Origin: an uncultured virus (IMG/VR IMGVR_UViG_3300032245_001228)
Lineage: Duplodnaviria; Heunggongvirae; Uroviricota; Caudoviricetes
IMG/VR virus record: IMGVR_UViG_3300032245_001228
DNA length: 64,000 nt
Direction: 5' to 3' (one strand)
How positions within the stretch are numbered: position 1 is the first letter of the stretch; every line of letters starts with the position of its first letter. Made by a program: the position numbers and the translations under genes. Positions 8,839 through 20,406 of this stretch are shown in pieces. The notes under the pieces are model-generated. The model saw nothing but the letters and a program-made list of their open reading frames with translations, did not search any database and had not been told where the DNA came from.

Positions 8839-10950
8839 TTAGTCATTTATACCACTTAACCAAGAAGAATATAATGTCTTTTTGCCTGGCTCCATTACAT
8901 CTAAAAGAGATCTTAAATAAACCATAGCATGATCTTTAGCTTGACCAATTGGAACTATTGTTTCACCAGATCCAACCAACCTTGTTTTATTGGTTAAATA
9001 ATTGACAATAACATTGAAAGCTACATTTACATCTGCTCCATTTTTCCATGTGTTTGGCCCAGAAGCGTTCCATGGATCGAACAAGAAACCCTTACCTCTC
9101 CAAGGTTTACTTATAATTTTTTCATTACTAACCTGAGGCATATAGGGCAACTGTATTGTTTCGTTTGAAATATTAAAATAATCATTTGGTAAATGAAATT
9201 TTGATTTCATCATCCAAACTTGATTGGCTGGTATCCTTGCCCAATCTGCTATATATTTAGAAGAAGCCGCAACATCCTCTGGCCCATATTGATTTGGATG
9301 TTTTGGCATGTTGTTGTACAGTATTGTTTTTGCTTCTTTTTGTGCGGATGGATTTCCTGCGGCTTTTATTTTTATTTGTTTTATAATATTTTGGTCTTGT
9401 ATAAAAGCTTCCCATGCATATTTTTTACTTAGTTTATTTATATTGTTTGTGCTATTTACAGAAGTTTCATAATATACTTGCCCATCAGCAGAATATGGAA
9501 CAGTCCAAAGTAGACTGGTTCCTATCCATCCATTGTTTTTAGTAAAATCACTTAAACTTTCTGGCCTACAACGAAGTTGCAAAAAACCCAAGTGACAATC
9601 ACCATTAGCTGTAGCTATTGATATTTTATTTTCTTCAAGATTTCCTTCCCTCGAAGCTATAGCAGTAAATATTGCTGCTATAGGAAGAGAAAAGTTACCA
9701 ACCAATGGATGTATCATCATTTCAAAAAATTCATCGTATGTTAAAAATGTTCCTGGATCATTAAAACCATTGTAAGGTTGTGCTTGTTCAAATATCTTTG
9801 GCGAAAGGCTACCAGTGTTTTTTATATTTGGTAAAGAATTTATTTTTTTTGGTGTAATTTTATTTGGAGAAAATTTTTCGGCAGAAAGAACTGTTGCCTG
9901 ACGGCCAAATGCTCCTGCTCCACCTTTTGCTGGAGAACTAAAGACTGGCGGTTCATCTTTTATTCTATCTCTGAATTGATTCATAATAGTAGATGGAAAC
10001 CCATTAAGTATTCCTGCTCCTAAACTATTATGTAACCCCAACATAAAAGTTGCAGATTTTAAAATAGTATCAGCTAATCCCCCATTGTTTTTAACCTTTG
10101 ATTGCCATTCTTTCAACACTTCAGGCGGTACATAATTTAATACATCTTGTCCCGGTTCTCCACCAAGTTTTTGAGAAAATTTTTGTAAAACTTGCGGTGT
10201 TACATCTGTTACTTTGTAATATGTTATATGCCATCTATCATTTTCATTATTTGGTTCTCTTGCAAAACCATATGATGCCATATTATTAGCAAGCCAATCT
10301 ACAGCTTTAGCATTTTTAAAAACATCGTTGTGTAGATCTACGGAAATTCCCCAACCATGATTAGAAAGACCAGGTGTTGCTACTGGTTGTTTACCGTAGT
10401 GTTCTTTCTTTCTATACCACCACTTACCACTATCGTTTGGATATAGGGGATCAAACCACCAATATTTTATATAATCATTTCCAACAAAGCCTGGACCATA
10501 AACAACGCTTAGATTTATACCTTGTTCAAGTTGCGGCGTTGATGGAAGTGGACCGTAGTTATGTCCATTAATTTTTAAATGTCCATTTACATCTTTCCAA
10601 AGTGGTTTATCGGAAAAATATTCTGGATACTTTCTATCCCATTTTTTAGCCCATGGAACTGGTGTATATAAATTTTTGAATTCAGTTACGTTTTCTTTTA
10701 TTCCTACAAAAGAACTAGTCCATCTAAGTTTATAACCTGTAGCTTTTTGTAAATCATCTACCATAAATTTAAAAGCTGGACCAGCATAAAGAATTAAATT
10801 AAATCCTTTACAGTATTGCTTTTCAAAAAGTGGAGCAAAATCTTTTGCGTGTCCGTTCAGTGGAGCATATGAAAGATATCCTCTGAGATATATAATTGGG
10901 TCTTGTTCTAGTTCTCTTATCGGCCAATCAGTAAATCTTTTTAAAGTCAT
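8839..10950 (-). CDS. Cell-wall hydrolase: M15 (VanY-like) peptidase plus probable lysozyme/SLT-like domain
   Basis: ATPGLSNHGWGISVD...WLANNMASYGF...DRWH; C-terminal AIASREG...GFLQ. Confidence 0.7.
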   Translation of the reverse strand: MTLKRFTDWPIRELEQDPIIYLRGYLSYAPLNGHAKDFAPLFEKQYCKGFNLILYAGPAFKFMVDDLQKATGYKLRWTSSFVGIKENVTEFKNLYTPVPWAKKWDRKYPEYFSDKPLWKDVNGHLKINGHNYGPLPSTPQLEQGINLSVVYGPGFVGNDYIKYWWFDPLYPNDSGKWWYRKKEHYGKQPVATPGLSNHGWGISVDLHNDVFKNAKAVDWLANNMASYGFAREPNNENDRWHITYYKVTDVTPQVLQKFSQKLGGEPGQDVLNYVPPEVLKEWQSKVKNNGGLADTILKSATFMLGLHNSLGAGILNGFPSTIMNQFRDRIKDEPPVFSSPAKGGAGAFGRQATVLSAEKFSPNKITPKKINSLPNIKNTGSLSPKIFEQAQPYNGFNDPGTFLTYDEFFEMMIHPLVGNFSLPIAAIFTAIASREGNLEENKISIATANGDCHLGFLQLRCRPESLSDFTKNNGWIGTSLLWTVPYSADGQVYYETSVNSTNNINKLSKKYAWEAFIQDQNIIKQIKIKAAGNPSAQKEAKTILYNNMPKHPNQYGPEDVAASSKYIADWARIPANQVWMMKSKFHLPNDYFNISNETIQLPYMPQVSNEKIISKPWRGKGFLFDPWNASGPNTWKNGADVNVAFNVIVNYLTNKTRLVGSGETIVPIGQAKDHAMVYLRSLLDVMEPGKKTLYSSWLSGIND

Positions 10951-13900
10951 TGTTCTTCATACCTTCCTCTTAATCCTTCAGCATTGAAACCGAGTGGGTT
11001 CGTGAAGTTCGAAGATGCTTTTCTTTCAGCGGTATTTGTTTTTCCAGATTCTGGCCCAGAATATTTTACATAGTCTTTAGTTGCATCTATGTTTGTATAA
11101 TTAGATGGAACAAAGATATTACCTAAAGGATAAGTTCTTCTTAAAGTTTTGTTCCAAACCATACCCGACCACCATGTACCATTAACTATGAATGTATTTG
11201 GATTTTCAAATGTTTTACCTTGCGCAATATTTAAAGTAGCATCTGCCAATTGCATCCAAGCTAAACCTGTCCAAACATAAATGTCATCAGTGTCTGATTC
11301 ATATATAGTATCTCCAACGGCTGGATCTATTGGTCTAGTTGTTGAAGTGCAAAGTGTTTTAACAACATACTCTTGAGCTTCTGCAGAGACATACGACACT
11401 CTAAACTCAAATGTATCTTTAACTCTCCATATCAATTTGTTTCTTAGCGTCATTCCAGGACCATAGTCACTAACTGGATTAGCACAAGGTGCCTGTCTAT
11501 ATCTATCAACTAAAGTATCTGGAGCTGCTTTAAATCCACCATACATTGTAAAGAAACATACGAATGGAGACACTTCATCTCCAACACATTTAGGAACATC
11601 TCTTTCTAAACCTATTCTTCCTATGTTTTTAATCACTCCAGCGTCATCTAAAACGTTAAACTCAAATACCCAAGATGTATGCGGTGCTATCTGAACTATT
11701 TGCACATCTTGTTTAAGAGAAGTTATTTTTGCATCAACAAAATCAACGCCTCTTTTCCAGAGTCCATCATTTGATTGTAGATTCTTTTCATTTTCTACTG
11801 GGTCAGCTATTGGTTTTGGTTTCTCTGGCATAACTACTGGGCCAGATTCTATTGGTGGAGTAATTATTGGAACCTCTGGAATCTCTGGATCCTTTGGCTT
11901 AGGTTTTGGTTTTGGCGCAGGAACATCTGGAGATGTTAGATTAGGATCTTTAATTGTTGTAAAGCTAATATAATTATGGTTGCCAGGATTTCCACCCCAA
12001 CTCTTATTAGCTTTAGATTTAAATATGTTAGCTGGGAATATAACACTAACTTCAGTATCATATGGCAATACGTTTTTAGGAGTTATGGAAATTGTTTTAG
12101 AATCTACAAAGTCAATCTCTGCACTGTTGATACCAACTTTAGCCAAAGCTTTTGTAGTATTTTTTTTGTAGAAGATAACTGTGCCAACATTTCTTACCAT
12201 TTCTTGATCAAAATTTAATACAATACTTACATCTATATTTGTTCTATTCGGATCATTTTCTGCGGTAAGTGAAATAATATCAAATGAATTTAATTTTGGT
12301 ACAGGTACAGATGGAGGAGGGTTATTGTAATCTGGGTCTCTTGGTCTTGGAGGAATTGTTGTTCCAGGAGAAACTACTGTTGTACTTGTTGTTGGCGGAA
12401 TAGATGTAGTGGGACTAGTTGAACCACCGCCTTCAATAGTTGGTGGGACAACAATTGTTGTAGTTGTTACTCCATTTGATGCAACTACTGTTGTGGTTGT
12501 TACTCCATTTGGAGTTGTTGTAGTAGTTGTGCCTGGAGTATACGGAGGTAACACTGGTATTTTTGGTGGGAAAACAATAGTTGTTGTAGTGGTAACGCCA
12601 TTTGATCCGACAACTGTTGTAGTAGTTGACTGTTGCCTTGGAATAGTAGTAGAAGGAGTACTTGTCGATGGTACTGTAGTTGTTGGTGCAACAATTGGCC
12701 TTGGAGCACCTATGCCAGCAGAACCGGCTCCAGGTCTAGCTCCTGGTGGAGCTGGAACCCATGTTCTTGTTGTTGTTCCAGTAGAAGGAATTGTAGTAGT
12801 TGGTGCTGGGACAGTTGTTGTTGGCGGTATAACTTCAACATCAGTAGGAAGATCTGGCACAAGTGGACCATACGATGGAGGATGTACGCCATCTCCACCA
12901 GCTCTAAACCTACCAATAAATGTATAATTATATTTCTTACAAAGATCTTCCATATAATTATTCATATAATATGAATATAGGTTATCTTGATCCGATGAGA
13001 TACCAAAGACTGTAACAGTAGCATTATATGATTTTAATAAATCAAATTGCTTAATTATCCATGATGTCATGTCAGTCTTTTTACCTTGCGCAGCATAGGT
13101 CTGACCAATAGAATTTGCAGTTCCTGTTGAGAGCCAAACTATTCTATTCCTAGCTTGATTTTTAATATTTAAATAAGCTAAAGCCTTAGTCATTCTATTA
13201 AAAACAGCTTTTAAGTTTTCTCCCTGTCTTTGAAATTTGCCATCCCATTTAGTTGGGTCAGTTACTCCAGAAAAAATGTTTGGAACTATATTGTTTGATT
13301 CATTTCCGCTTTCATTTTCATAAGCATTTGCTACACCTAAAGCAATACTGTCTCCAATGATTAATGGTATTGGATTTGCAACTGGAACTGGCTTAGGTAT
13401 TATTAAAGGAGGATTGTATTTTGGATCATCAGGCCTTACCTTAGGGGGCACAACAATAGGTCGAGAAGGTGTTGTTGTAGATGGAGCAATTGTAGTGGAT
13501 GGATTTTTAGGAGTAGTAGGTTTAGTAGGAGTTGTAGTTGAAGGATATTTAGGGACAGTTGTAGACGGAATTGTTGTGGTAGGTATAGTTGGACTAACAG
13601 CTGTAACATCTGAATCTAAAAAACCATCCCAATCTTTACCCAAAAGAACTATTAGATTGGATGGACCATAAGATGAACCTCTATATGATAAAAGTTTATT
13701 GATTTTAACCCAATATTTTTTATTGTTTTTTATTAAAGAATATGGTGTTGTCTTGTTGTATCTAGAGTTCCAATATATTTGATCTTGTTTTGAATCTGGC
13801 CTTAGATAAACTTCATAATCACTTAAAGAATTTGTTATTACGGCGTTCATTGGTAAGCCAAATTTATTACCGACGAAAACATCAGCTCCAAGTTCACTGT

Positions 13901-15960
13901 AATAATCAGTTATATTTCTTTTAAGAGCATCGTTAGGTAATGCCTTTGTAAAATCGTAAGCTATCCATTCTTCTGGTCTAGGATATTCTGAGTCAACTTG
14001 ATTACTTTTAGGTCTATGACCCCAAGCTAAATCTAAATTATTTTTTTGAGTACCTAAAGGTTTTCTATAAATTACACCACGAACCATTGAATTATAAGTT
14101 GTATCATCGTTTATAACTGCTGGTAATCTTTGATCATCTTTATATTTTTTAGACATTTTTCCAGCACGAACTTCAGTTAATCCTATATTTATATTTTTAT
14201 TTTTAGATATCTTTAATAAGATATTTTTTAACTCAGTTGCCGATTGCTTATGTCCAGGTAAGTAAAAAATTGTAGTGTATTCTAGAAAATTAGTTACTAT
14301 TCCACCAGGTTTTTCATAACCAAATGTTCCATATTCGTTAAGAATAAGACGTACAGCTGGACCTTTTAGTCCTATGTTTTCTCCAACAATACTATCAACC
14401 GAAGTTTGATCACTAGGTGGATAGTGATAAGCCCATCTGGGATTCCCTGCTCTAACAAAATCTATAGCTGCTGGTGTATAACCACTTAAGTCCATAGTGT
14501 TTTCTATGTATATTTGTCCAACTACTCTTTCAGTTATTGGAAATCCTACTCCATTATTTCCTCCAACACTTTCATCATAAACATTTTGTCCTGTAAATAT
14601 TTTACCTGGAAAAATTTTTGCTAAGGCAACTAATAAATCTATGGCTGCGTCTGGGCTGTACACAGTCCCCGAATAGGATCCGGCAGCGTCTATTGCTTTA
14701 ATTCCTTTAATGTCTTGAGATAATCCAGGACCAACAGTTATTTCAACTGATCCTTTAGGCGGTAATGTTGTTGGAGTTACGGTTCCTGGACCTGGAACTG
14801 GGATAACGCTAGGATTATCTGGGCCATTTTGAACTGGGGGAAGCGATGGATTTGGTGTGTTTTTAAATTTGTCAATTAAAAATTGTGGTCTTTCAAGACC
14901 CTTGTAATAATGTAGAACATATGGCAAACGCGGGTCTCCAACTAATTTATCTGTCCAAGCAAAGCCATAGTAATTTGCATTTGTTTTTAACCAGTTCATA
15001 AAAGAATCTGGAGGAACAGTTCCTTCAGTGGCATTAAACAAGGTTGCAACTAAACCAGTTCCAAAAATAGAACGCCCAGGATATGGGATGTATGTTAGGC
15101 CTGAAAAAGATTTTTTACGATAATAAAATTCTGTGCTTCTTAATTCAACAACAGCTGAATTGCTTTTTGCAAATTTTTTATTTAAGTTTTTTACAGGGTA
15201 ACGATCTGTTCTAGTTGTATCTAACCAATCATAATCAGGAAGAGATGGAACAGTAACCTTTAAATTGTAGACTCCTCCAACTGCACTATACATTACAACA
15301 TTAAAAATACTATTAATATAATCAATGTTATCGCCTAGATCTATCTGCTTACCTTTGCTGTCTACTGGTAAGTTTATAGTTATAAGATCTCCTACTTTTG
15401 TAGAAAGAGGACCGATATAAAATAATCGTTAAAGAGTCTTTAGCTCTCACCATTGACTTTATATTTGACGTTGCATTAACTCCAATAGGAGGATAGGCGA
15501 TTGCTGGAGCGTTATATGTATTGGATGATTTGCCTTTTTGATGAGCTATTAAAAATGCTTGAGTCTGAAATGATAAAGGGTGGTAGTTTCCCAATCCTTT
15601 ATAACCATCTTTTCCACCCCAGTCAATATTTTTGTCCATCTTTTTTAACTCTTGTATACCACTATTTTTAACTGGAGTATACTTCGGTGCGGCTTTGAGT
15701 AATTGTTGCCACATCTGTGCTGCTACCGACCACATATTATATCTTGCATAATTTGGCACATTATAAAATTGTTTTTCATCTAATTTGCCATTTTTTTCAA
15801 AACCTAAAGGAAATTCAACTAGACTCTTGCAAATATAACTGCCGTCGTTACTTAATACTCCACCATTAACATCATACTCAGACCCTGAAGCTGTGGTGAT
15901 AGAAGGCAGTTTAAAATCCTGTATAGGATATCCAGATATAGAAGATTTTCCTGCGCCCAT
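10947..15960 (-). CDS. Giant multidomain envelope-targeting protein (degenerate M15, LytR_C-like, SGNH hydrolase, Pro/Thr linker, Big_5-like Ig), frameshift near 15420
   Basis: ORFs 15349..15969 and 10947..15293 join via YIGPLSTKVGDLITINL. Motifs: IIGDS...GTAN...DGVHP (SGNH); TTIFYLPG...IVLLGKD (LytR_C-like); IVLNFDQEM...ISITP (Ig); many TTT[VI]P. Confidence 0.65.
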
Positions 15961-15995
15961 AAATAACAAACCTTAATTTAATTTGGTATACCTAA

Positions 15996-16003
15996 ATAGT
16001 AAC
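15996..16003 (-). promoter_or_regulatory. GTTACTAT motif upstream of giant protein gene
   Basis: ATAGTAAC in the intergenic gap. Confidence 0.5.
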
Positions 16004-16017
16004 CAATTGTTGGGCTT

Positions 16018-16770
16018 CTATCTATAATTTTTATAGACCCAGTCTGGATAGGTATCGTCTATCTCATAATACTTTAGGGGGAATCTGTCAAATGGATCAA
16101 TCCCCTCATTGATTCTACGCATAATTTCTACGTCATTTTTATATTCTTCTGCGTCGTATTCTGTATGAGCAAAGGACTCTATTTTATTTTTAACGTTTTC
16201 AATTTCAGTAAAAAATGAGAAGTGCCAACCAGCATCGGGGATAGTATCCCAAGGTGCCGATCTGAGCTGTTGACAAGAGTATTCATCTAAATCTTTAACT
16301 CTAGCTATAACAGGTCTTGCCCCTTGGTTACAATGATCTGGGGCTTGCCAATGATAGTTCCAAAAATATTGCTTGACATCTAATCTAGCTGGAGTATCAA
16401 ATGTTTTGGCTTGTTTAATTATAGAAGATTTAACTATTTCATCTGCGTCAGAGATAATAATAATATCATCTGGCTCGGCTTTGTCTAAGCCAAACTTAAT
16501 AGCATTGCGTTGGTAATGTTCTTTTTCCCAGGCATCTTTAAGCATTGAGAGATTAGGAGAATTAAAATGTATCTTAATTCTAATTATCTTATGCTCCCAT
16601 TTATTAGCCCACTCAGGAAGTGTGTCTAGATAAAATGGTTTAGGCTTGCCAGTAAATGTTTCAGAAGCCTCAACTATAACAAAGTGGTCAACAAGATCAC
16701 CAAGTTCTTCAAATCTGACGCGAAGGATATTTTCTTCGTTGTAATATGTAAAACAATCAAATATTTTCAT
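16018..16770 (-). CDS. Glycosyltransferase family 17 (beta-1,4-GlcNAc transferase-like)
   Basis: MKIFDCFTYYNE...VDHFVIVEA..TFTGKPK...E.YQRN...ISDADEI...GWHFS...KIESFAH. Confidence 0.88.
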   Translation of the reverse strand: MKIFDCFTYYNEENILRVRFEELGDLVDHFVIVEASETFTGKPKPFYLDTLPEWANKWEHKIIRIKIHFNSPNLSMLKDAWEKEHYQRNAIKFGLDKAEPDDIIIISDADEIVKSSIIKQAKTFDTPARLDVKQYFWNYHWQAPDHCNQGARPVIARVKDLDEYSCQQLRSAPWDTIPDAGWHFSFFTEIENVKNKIESFAHTEYDAEEYKNDVEIMRRINEGIDPFDRFPLKYYEIDDTYPDWVYKNYR

Positions 16771-17215
16771 AGACTAATATATCCTCGTCTCTAAACATAG
16801 AGTATCTTCTTATTTCTTTTTCAATGTCTAATCTTCTAGATAAGCATTCGCTAAGACCGTTAGCCCATTTACCTGGGTTAACTAAGAAAACCATGCCATT
16901 GATCTTTAAAAAACTTTTCAGTTGCTGTGCGAGGAGATCATAATTATCATTTAATAAATTAGTATCATAATTAAAAGATAAAAATAAATCACATTTATCT
17001 TCTCCAAAAAAGATGTTGTCAACTCCAGCTTCCCACGGCCAACTGTAATCAGGAAGCTCAACACCTTCTGCTTGAGTGACTAGAATAAAAGCACCAATGC
17101 CATGCTCACTAGTTCTAAGTGTTTCAGCTAGTTTTACATTAGGTCCATATATTGTTGTAAATGTTTTCTCAACAAATATATCTCTAATTGCATGTGTAAC
17201 GTAGTGCCAATTCAT
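16757..17215 (-). CDS. Hypothetical protein, possibly a degenerate methyltransferase fold
   Basis: Coupled in the operon; LKSFLKINGMVFL resembles the post-II MTase motif. Confidence 0.55.
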   Translation of the reverse strand: MNWHYVTHAIRDIFVEKTFTTIYGPNVKLAETLRTSEHGIGAFILVTQAEGVELPDYSWPWEAGVDNIFFGEDKCDLFLSFNYDTNLLNDNYDLLAQQLKSFLKINGMVFLVNPGKWANGLSECLSRRLDIEKEIRRYSMFRDEDILVYENI

Positions 17216-17216
17216 A

Positions 17217-17756
17217 CTACTTTAATGGCTTAAAAGCATCTACCTTAAGCCAACCCCAGTCATCACCACGTCTGATATCAGCTATTTCAAATCCTAAATT
17301 CTTGAAATCATCTTCCAACATTCTATGTGTCAAGCCAACAAAATGAAAGTCAAAAGGATTTAACTGCTCAGCAAAGAAGATCTGTTGCATTCTTCTGTCG
17401 CCGTCAAGGCTATCCCATTCAAGAATTTGTTTACAGGCAAGCAAGAAGTCGGGAACTTCTATTCTAATCATTCCACCTGGCTTAACTATTCTGCACCACT
17501 CAGCTAAGACAGCTTGATATTCTTTCCATGGAAAGTGTTCAAGGCACTCTGAGTTATAGACGATATCTGCAAAATCATCTGGAAGATTTATCTTGCGAGC
17601 ATCACATACAACATCTACTGGAACATATGTTTTATTAACATGATCATACAATGGGGTTGGGTCTATATCAATATGAATCCAATCTGGACCAAGATAAGTT
17701 CTAGTGCCAATTACAACTTTTGTCCCAGCACCTTTGGGTATTGTTTCTAATCTCAT
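17217..17756 (-). CDS. Class I SAM-dependent methyltransferase
   Basis: WIHID...CDARKINLPD...SECLEH...EWCRIVKPGGMIRIEVPD. Confidence 0.85.
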   Translation of the reverse strand: MRLETIPKGAGTKVVIGTRTYLGPDWIHIDIDPTPLYDHVNKTYVPVDVVCDARKINLPDDFADIVYNSECLEHFPWKEYQAVLAEWCRIVKPGGMIRIEVPDFLLACKQILEWDSLDGDRRMQQIFFAEQLNPFDFHFVGLTHRMLEDDFKNLGFEIADIRRGDDWGWLKVDAFKPLK

Positions 17757-18614
17757 TTAAATTATTCTTCCTTTATAAAAATCTTTAAATCTTGGAACTT
17801 TTATTAGATCGTATTCTCTACCCTCTAATACTACAACTTCTGGATTAGAATTCAAATCTGGCATTCTTATCTTCCAGTATTCTTCTAGGTATAAAGCGTT
17901 GCATGGCCAGTCTTCAAATCTTAAAACATTTGTACTGTGGTAGCCCATTCCTTTTCCGCAGAAGTAAGGAACCCATTTATTCATCCACTCTACAACGCCA
18001 CGACCTATTCTAGCATGAGCTTCTGGATCTGTAGTTTGTTTGGCTACGTGATGAACTGCAACTTCTTTAGCTACACCCATCTTCCAGCCAGCAAGACGCA
18101 TTCTAGTTTGGTAGTCAACTTCATTTTGATGTCCTATTTTTTGATCGAAATATCCTACATCAGCCATAGCTAACTTCTTTAGCATCCAGAAACAACCGGT
18201 GCCCCACAAACATTCTGTGTACTTATCTCTTTTTATTTCATAGGCGTTGTATCCACCGCTGAACACCATGCCTAACTCTAAGTTTCTAGCAAGGTATCCC
18301 CACATGATTTCATCCCAGCCTCTAGTGTGAACTGTGGCATCATTATCTGAGTAAGCAACATATTCTGTTTCTGCCCATTCTAAAATCTTATTAACTGCTC
18401 CAGAGTACTTTATATTAACATCTAAGTGCATTGGAATAATTCTAGAATCTTTTGCAGAATAATAATCTAAGAGCTCTTTTACTCTTGGATCTTCTGAAGC
18501 GTTGTTAACAAGAAGTAGGCGCCAATCAGTCGTAGAGTTTTGAATGATATGTTCTACTGCTGCCTGAATTCCATCAGGATTATTGTAGCATGATATACCA
18601 ATATCTAATCTCAT
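17757..18614 (-). CDS. Glycosyltransferase family 2
   Basis: ISCYN...LVNNASED...SDND...GCFWM...VGYFD...EVDYQTR. Confidence 0.88.
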   Translation of the reverse strand: MRLDIGISCYNNPDGIQAAVEHIIQNSTTDWRLLLVNNASEDPRVKELLDYYSAKDSRIIPMHLDVNIKYSGAVNKILEWAETEYVAYSDNDATVHTRGWDEIMWGYLARNLELGMVFSGGYNAYEIKRDKYTECLWGTGCFWMLKKLAMADVGYFDQKIGHQNEVDYQTRMRLAGWKMGVAKEVAVHHVAKQTTDPEAHARIGRGVVEWMNKWVPYFCGKGMGYHSTNVLRFEDWPCNALYLEEYWKIRMPDLNSNPEVVVLEGREYDLIKVPRFKDFYKGRII

Positions 18615-19348
18615 AGCTTAATCCACCATGAATTGTTTTCATGTCTAACAAAACCTATCTCAACTAATAGTGGATCCCAATCCCATTCAAATCTATTGTT
18701 GATAGACAAATGCATGGGGATAGAGTTGCCATGTTCTGCGTCACCAATTCCAAAAGCATTGTGAGGGATAAATACTCCACCCTTTTTCAAGGCTTTATAA
18801 ACAGCGTTAGCCCAATCTTCTACGTTAACCACATGCTCAAAGAAGTCTAGGGCAACGATTGCATCAAATGTTCTGCTTCCAAGTTTAGGTTCAAAATTAT
18901 TTGTAAACAATGTATTGATAACTAATTTTTCTTCAAGCTTGAATCTGTACTGTGCAAAGTTTGCAGTCTTGCTATCTTCCAAATCATGGTAGGTAGTTTC
19001 TAGACCCTCTTGTGCTAATCTGATACTTAGAGATCCAATGCCATCACCTAGTGACAGAACTTTATTCTTGTTTGAATTTCTCAAACCAAGAGCAATACCT
19101 TCACACATTCCAGAGTAATTAAAACCCTTATCTAAATGGTAGGCAGATAGCTCCCAGATATATGCATCTGTATTCTTGTACCAGCTCAACAATGAATCTG
19201 AATTGTTTACATCAGTCCCTGCGTTGAGAAAGTCTTGAGCCACTTCATGATGGTTATAGTGGAAACCTTTATTCAGTCTTTCAGTTGCATATCCCTCAGG
19301 GACTTTAAGAAAGGTTGATATATTTTTAGCTTGTGATTGTAAATCCAT
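18611..19348 (-). CDS. Class I SAM-dependent methyltransferase
   Basis: VLSLGDGIG...FDAIVALDFFEHV...LKKGGVF. Confidence 0.85.
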   Translation of the reverse strand: MDLQSQAKNISTFLKVPEGYATERLNKGFHYNHHEVAQDFLNAGTDVNNSDSLLSWYKNTDAYIWELSAYHLDKGFNYSGMCEGIALGLRNSNKNKVLSLGDGIGSLSIRLAQEGLETTYHDLEDSKTANFAQYRFKLEEKLVINTLFTNNFEPKLGSRTFDAIVALDFFEHVVNVEDWANAVYKALKKGGVFIPHNAFGIGDAEHGNSIPMHLSINNRFEWDWDPLLVEIGFVRHENNSWWIKL

Positions 19349-19380
19349 TTAATTGCCCGTCTTGTAAAATGTATAAGTAT

Positions 19381-19389
19381 ATTATACCA
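19381..19389 (-). promoter_or_regulatory. Extended -10 promoter TGGTATAAT
   Basis: Consensus TGnTATAAT upstream of the MTase/GT operon. Confidence 0.6.
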
Positions 19390-19394
19390 TCTTA

Positions 19395-20165
19395 TCAGTC
19401 ATAAAATCGAGTAGTTATTATATGTCCATCTATTTGATCTGATGGAGGTAATTCTTTTCTCACCAACAATCTTTGCACCCATCTATCGGTGCCATCGTAT
19501 CTTGCCTGGAAAGGCTTTCTTCCGTGAATTGTTTTATTGTTATCTATAACTAAGATGTCTCCGGTCTCTAAAACAATTTCCTCTACCGAATCCTCTACAG
19601 CTTCTTTTAATTTATCTAAAGCTGCTGCAGCTAAAGGATCTACACCCTTTACTACTGTTGAATCATATAAGAAACTATAATCCTCACCGTGTTTTTCTAA
19701 CACAGTAATTGGAATTTGTTTATCTTTTTCTCCACGAGTACGGAAGCTAATATCTATCCCAGTGGTAAACCATTTTTTTTGTAGGGTTGCAATCACCCAT
19801 AGATCTAATTTCTTAATAATCGTGTCTATGTCAGCATAGGTTGTTACCGCAGTTGGATCGCCCCTAAGACAAGATAATATTACATAGTCTGGCTTGTAAG
19901 GATGGAATGCAGTCTCAGTATGCATTGCGAGTTCTACTTTAGAAGAGGTAGATATCTGTTGATACTCTGTTTTATGTACAGGTAAAACATTTTGAATTAA
20001 CTGTCCACCCTGTTCTTGTGCGTAACTGATTGGATACCCTAAAGATTTACCATGATTAATAATCACGTTTGACGCAGTTGAAAGTGCCATCGTATCTATA
20101 TATGGCGTAGCAGGTGTACTTGGAACATGTCCAAAGTTATTATTTTTATGTAATGTAATTCCCAT
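19395..20165 (-). CDS. Fe(II)/2-oxoglutarate dioxygenase, clavaminate synthase/AsnO-like (TauD/TfdA fold)
   Basis: LAMHTETAFHPYKPDYVIL.CLR...DN...HGRKPFQARYDGTDRWVQR; HxE...H triad. Confidence 0.9.
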   Translation of the reverse strand: MGITLHKNNNFGHVPSTPATPYIDTMALSTASNVIINHGKSLGYPISYAQEQGGQLIQNVLPVHKTEYQQISTSSKVELAMHTETAFHPYKPDYVILSCLRGDPTAVTTYADIDTIIKKLDLWVIATLQKKWFTTGIDISFRTRGEKDKQIPITVLEKHGEDYSFLYDSTVVKGVDPLAAAALDKLKEAVEDSVEEIVLETGDILVIDNNKTIHGRKPFQARYDGTDRWVQRLLVRKELPPSDQIDGHIITTRFYD

Positions 20166-20174
20166 AATTATTAT

Positions 20175-20384
20175 TTATGACGATAAAACTTTTAATATTA
20201 AAAAATATAACTTAGACAAGTCGCCCGGATGCATACTAAATATATATTCTTTTTCTAAAGTTTTTATTGTAATACAATGTACGTCGACTAAATCTCCGTT
20301 TGATGTAATAGATTCTCTAGGTTTTGAAATAGACACGTCAGTAATAGTTGGCATAAAGCCTTCGAAGACGCCATCTTGATCCAT
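20175..20384 (-). CDS. Hypothetical protein
   Basis: ORF directly after a TGGTATAAT promoter. Confidence 0.65.
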   Translation of the reverse strand: MDQDGVFEGFMPTITDVSISKPRESITSNGDLVDVHCITIKTLEKEYIFSMHPGDLSKLYFLILKVLSS

Positions 20385-20389
20385 ATTAC

Positions 20390-20398
20390 ATTATACCA
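20390..20398 (-). promoter_or_regulatory. Extended -10 promoter TGGTATAAT, likely leaderless
   Basis: Ends 5 nt before ATG 20384. Confidence 0.6.
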
Positions 20399-20406
20399 CG
20401 ATATAA

